Part shown: positions 25,181-25,208 of the stretch, in pieces
Position numbering within the stretch: the first letter of the stretch is position 1
Layout of the letters: each line of letters begins with the position of its first letter
From: a virus
Lineage: Duplodnaviria; Caudoviricetes
Length of the DNA: 25,208 nt
Reading direction: 5' to 3' (one strand)
Virus record (IMG/VR): IMGVR_UViG_3300005611_000180
Location: 1-25,208 of that record
Translations under genes and position numbers: made by a program
Notes under the pieces: model-generated
What the model was told of the DNA's origin: nothing
The model's database searches: none
What the model saw: the letters and a program-made list of their open reading frames with translations, nothing else

Positions 25181-25208
25181 TAAAAAATAAACGGGGTTCG
25201 AAATTACC

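Larger units (their letters stand above)
1..25208 (-). mobile_element. Siphovirus-type phage/prophage morphogenesis module (packaging, head, tail, fibres)
   Basis: About 25 co-oriented, abutting or overlapping ORFs in canonical terminase-portal-capsid-neck-tail-TMP-tip-fibre order. No sheath gene. No host flanks are visible, so free phage versus prophage is undetermined. Confidence 0.96.

Noticed and set aside
25191-25208. GGGGTTCGAAA resembling a tRNA T-loop or att core
   Set aside because: The flanks (CGGGG / TTACC) do not form a T-stem and no cloverleaf is visible upstream.
1-25208. Gene transfer agent, tailocin or contractile system
   Set aside because: No sheath or baseplate wedge genes. 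A cos-type GpA terminase, lambda portal, long TMP and a free HNH fit a genuine siphophage.

Overview
The whole window is the virion morphogenesis (late) operon of a tailed dsDNA phage or prophage with a long non-contractile (siphovirus-type) tail. It is encoded entirely on the minus strand and read right to left. Order: TerS, lambda gpA-type TerL, Ig-domain/gpW-like adaptor, lambda-type portal, an 876-aa protease-scaffold-capsid polyprotein with three extra N-terminal domains, small head/neck genes, tail terminator, major tail protein, tail assembly chaperones joined by a -1 frameshift, tape measure, gpL-like, degenerate NlpC/P60, tail-tip hub, displaced Dit/gpM-like, two extra tail-tube-fold genes, long tail fibre, LamG+SPRY receptor-binding protein, and an HNH endonuclease. 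Most notable are the cargo-like domains on the capsid polyprotein with Arg-marked junctions, the triple tail-tube paralogue/fibre-anchor module, the mosaic receptor-binding gene with an adjacent HNH, and helically phased GTCTCA repeats upstream of terS. Family assignments come from motif recognition and gene order only, with no database searches. GC values are hand counts. A picocyanobacterial host is suspected but cannot be shown. No integrase, lysis, tRNA or CRISPR elements were seen.
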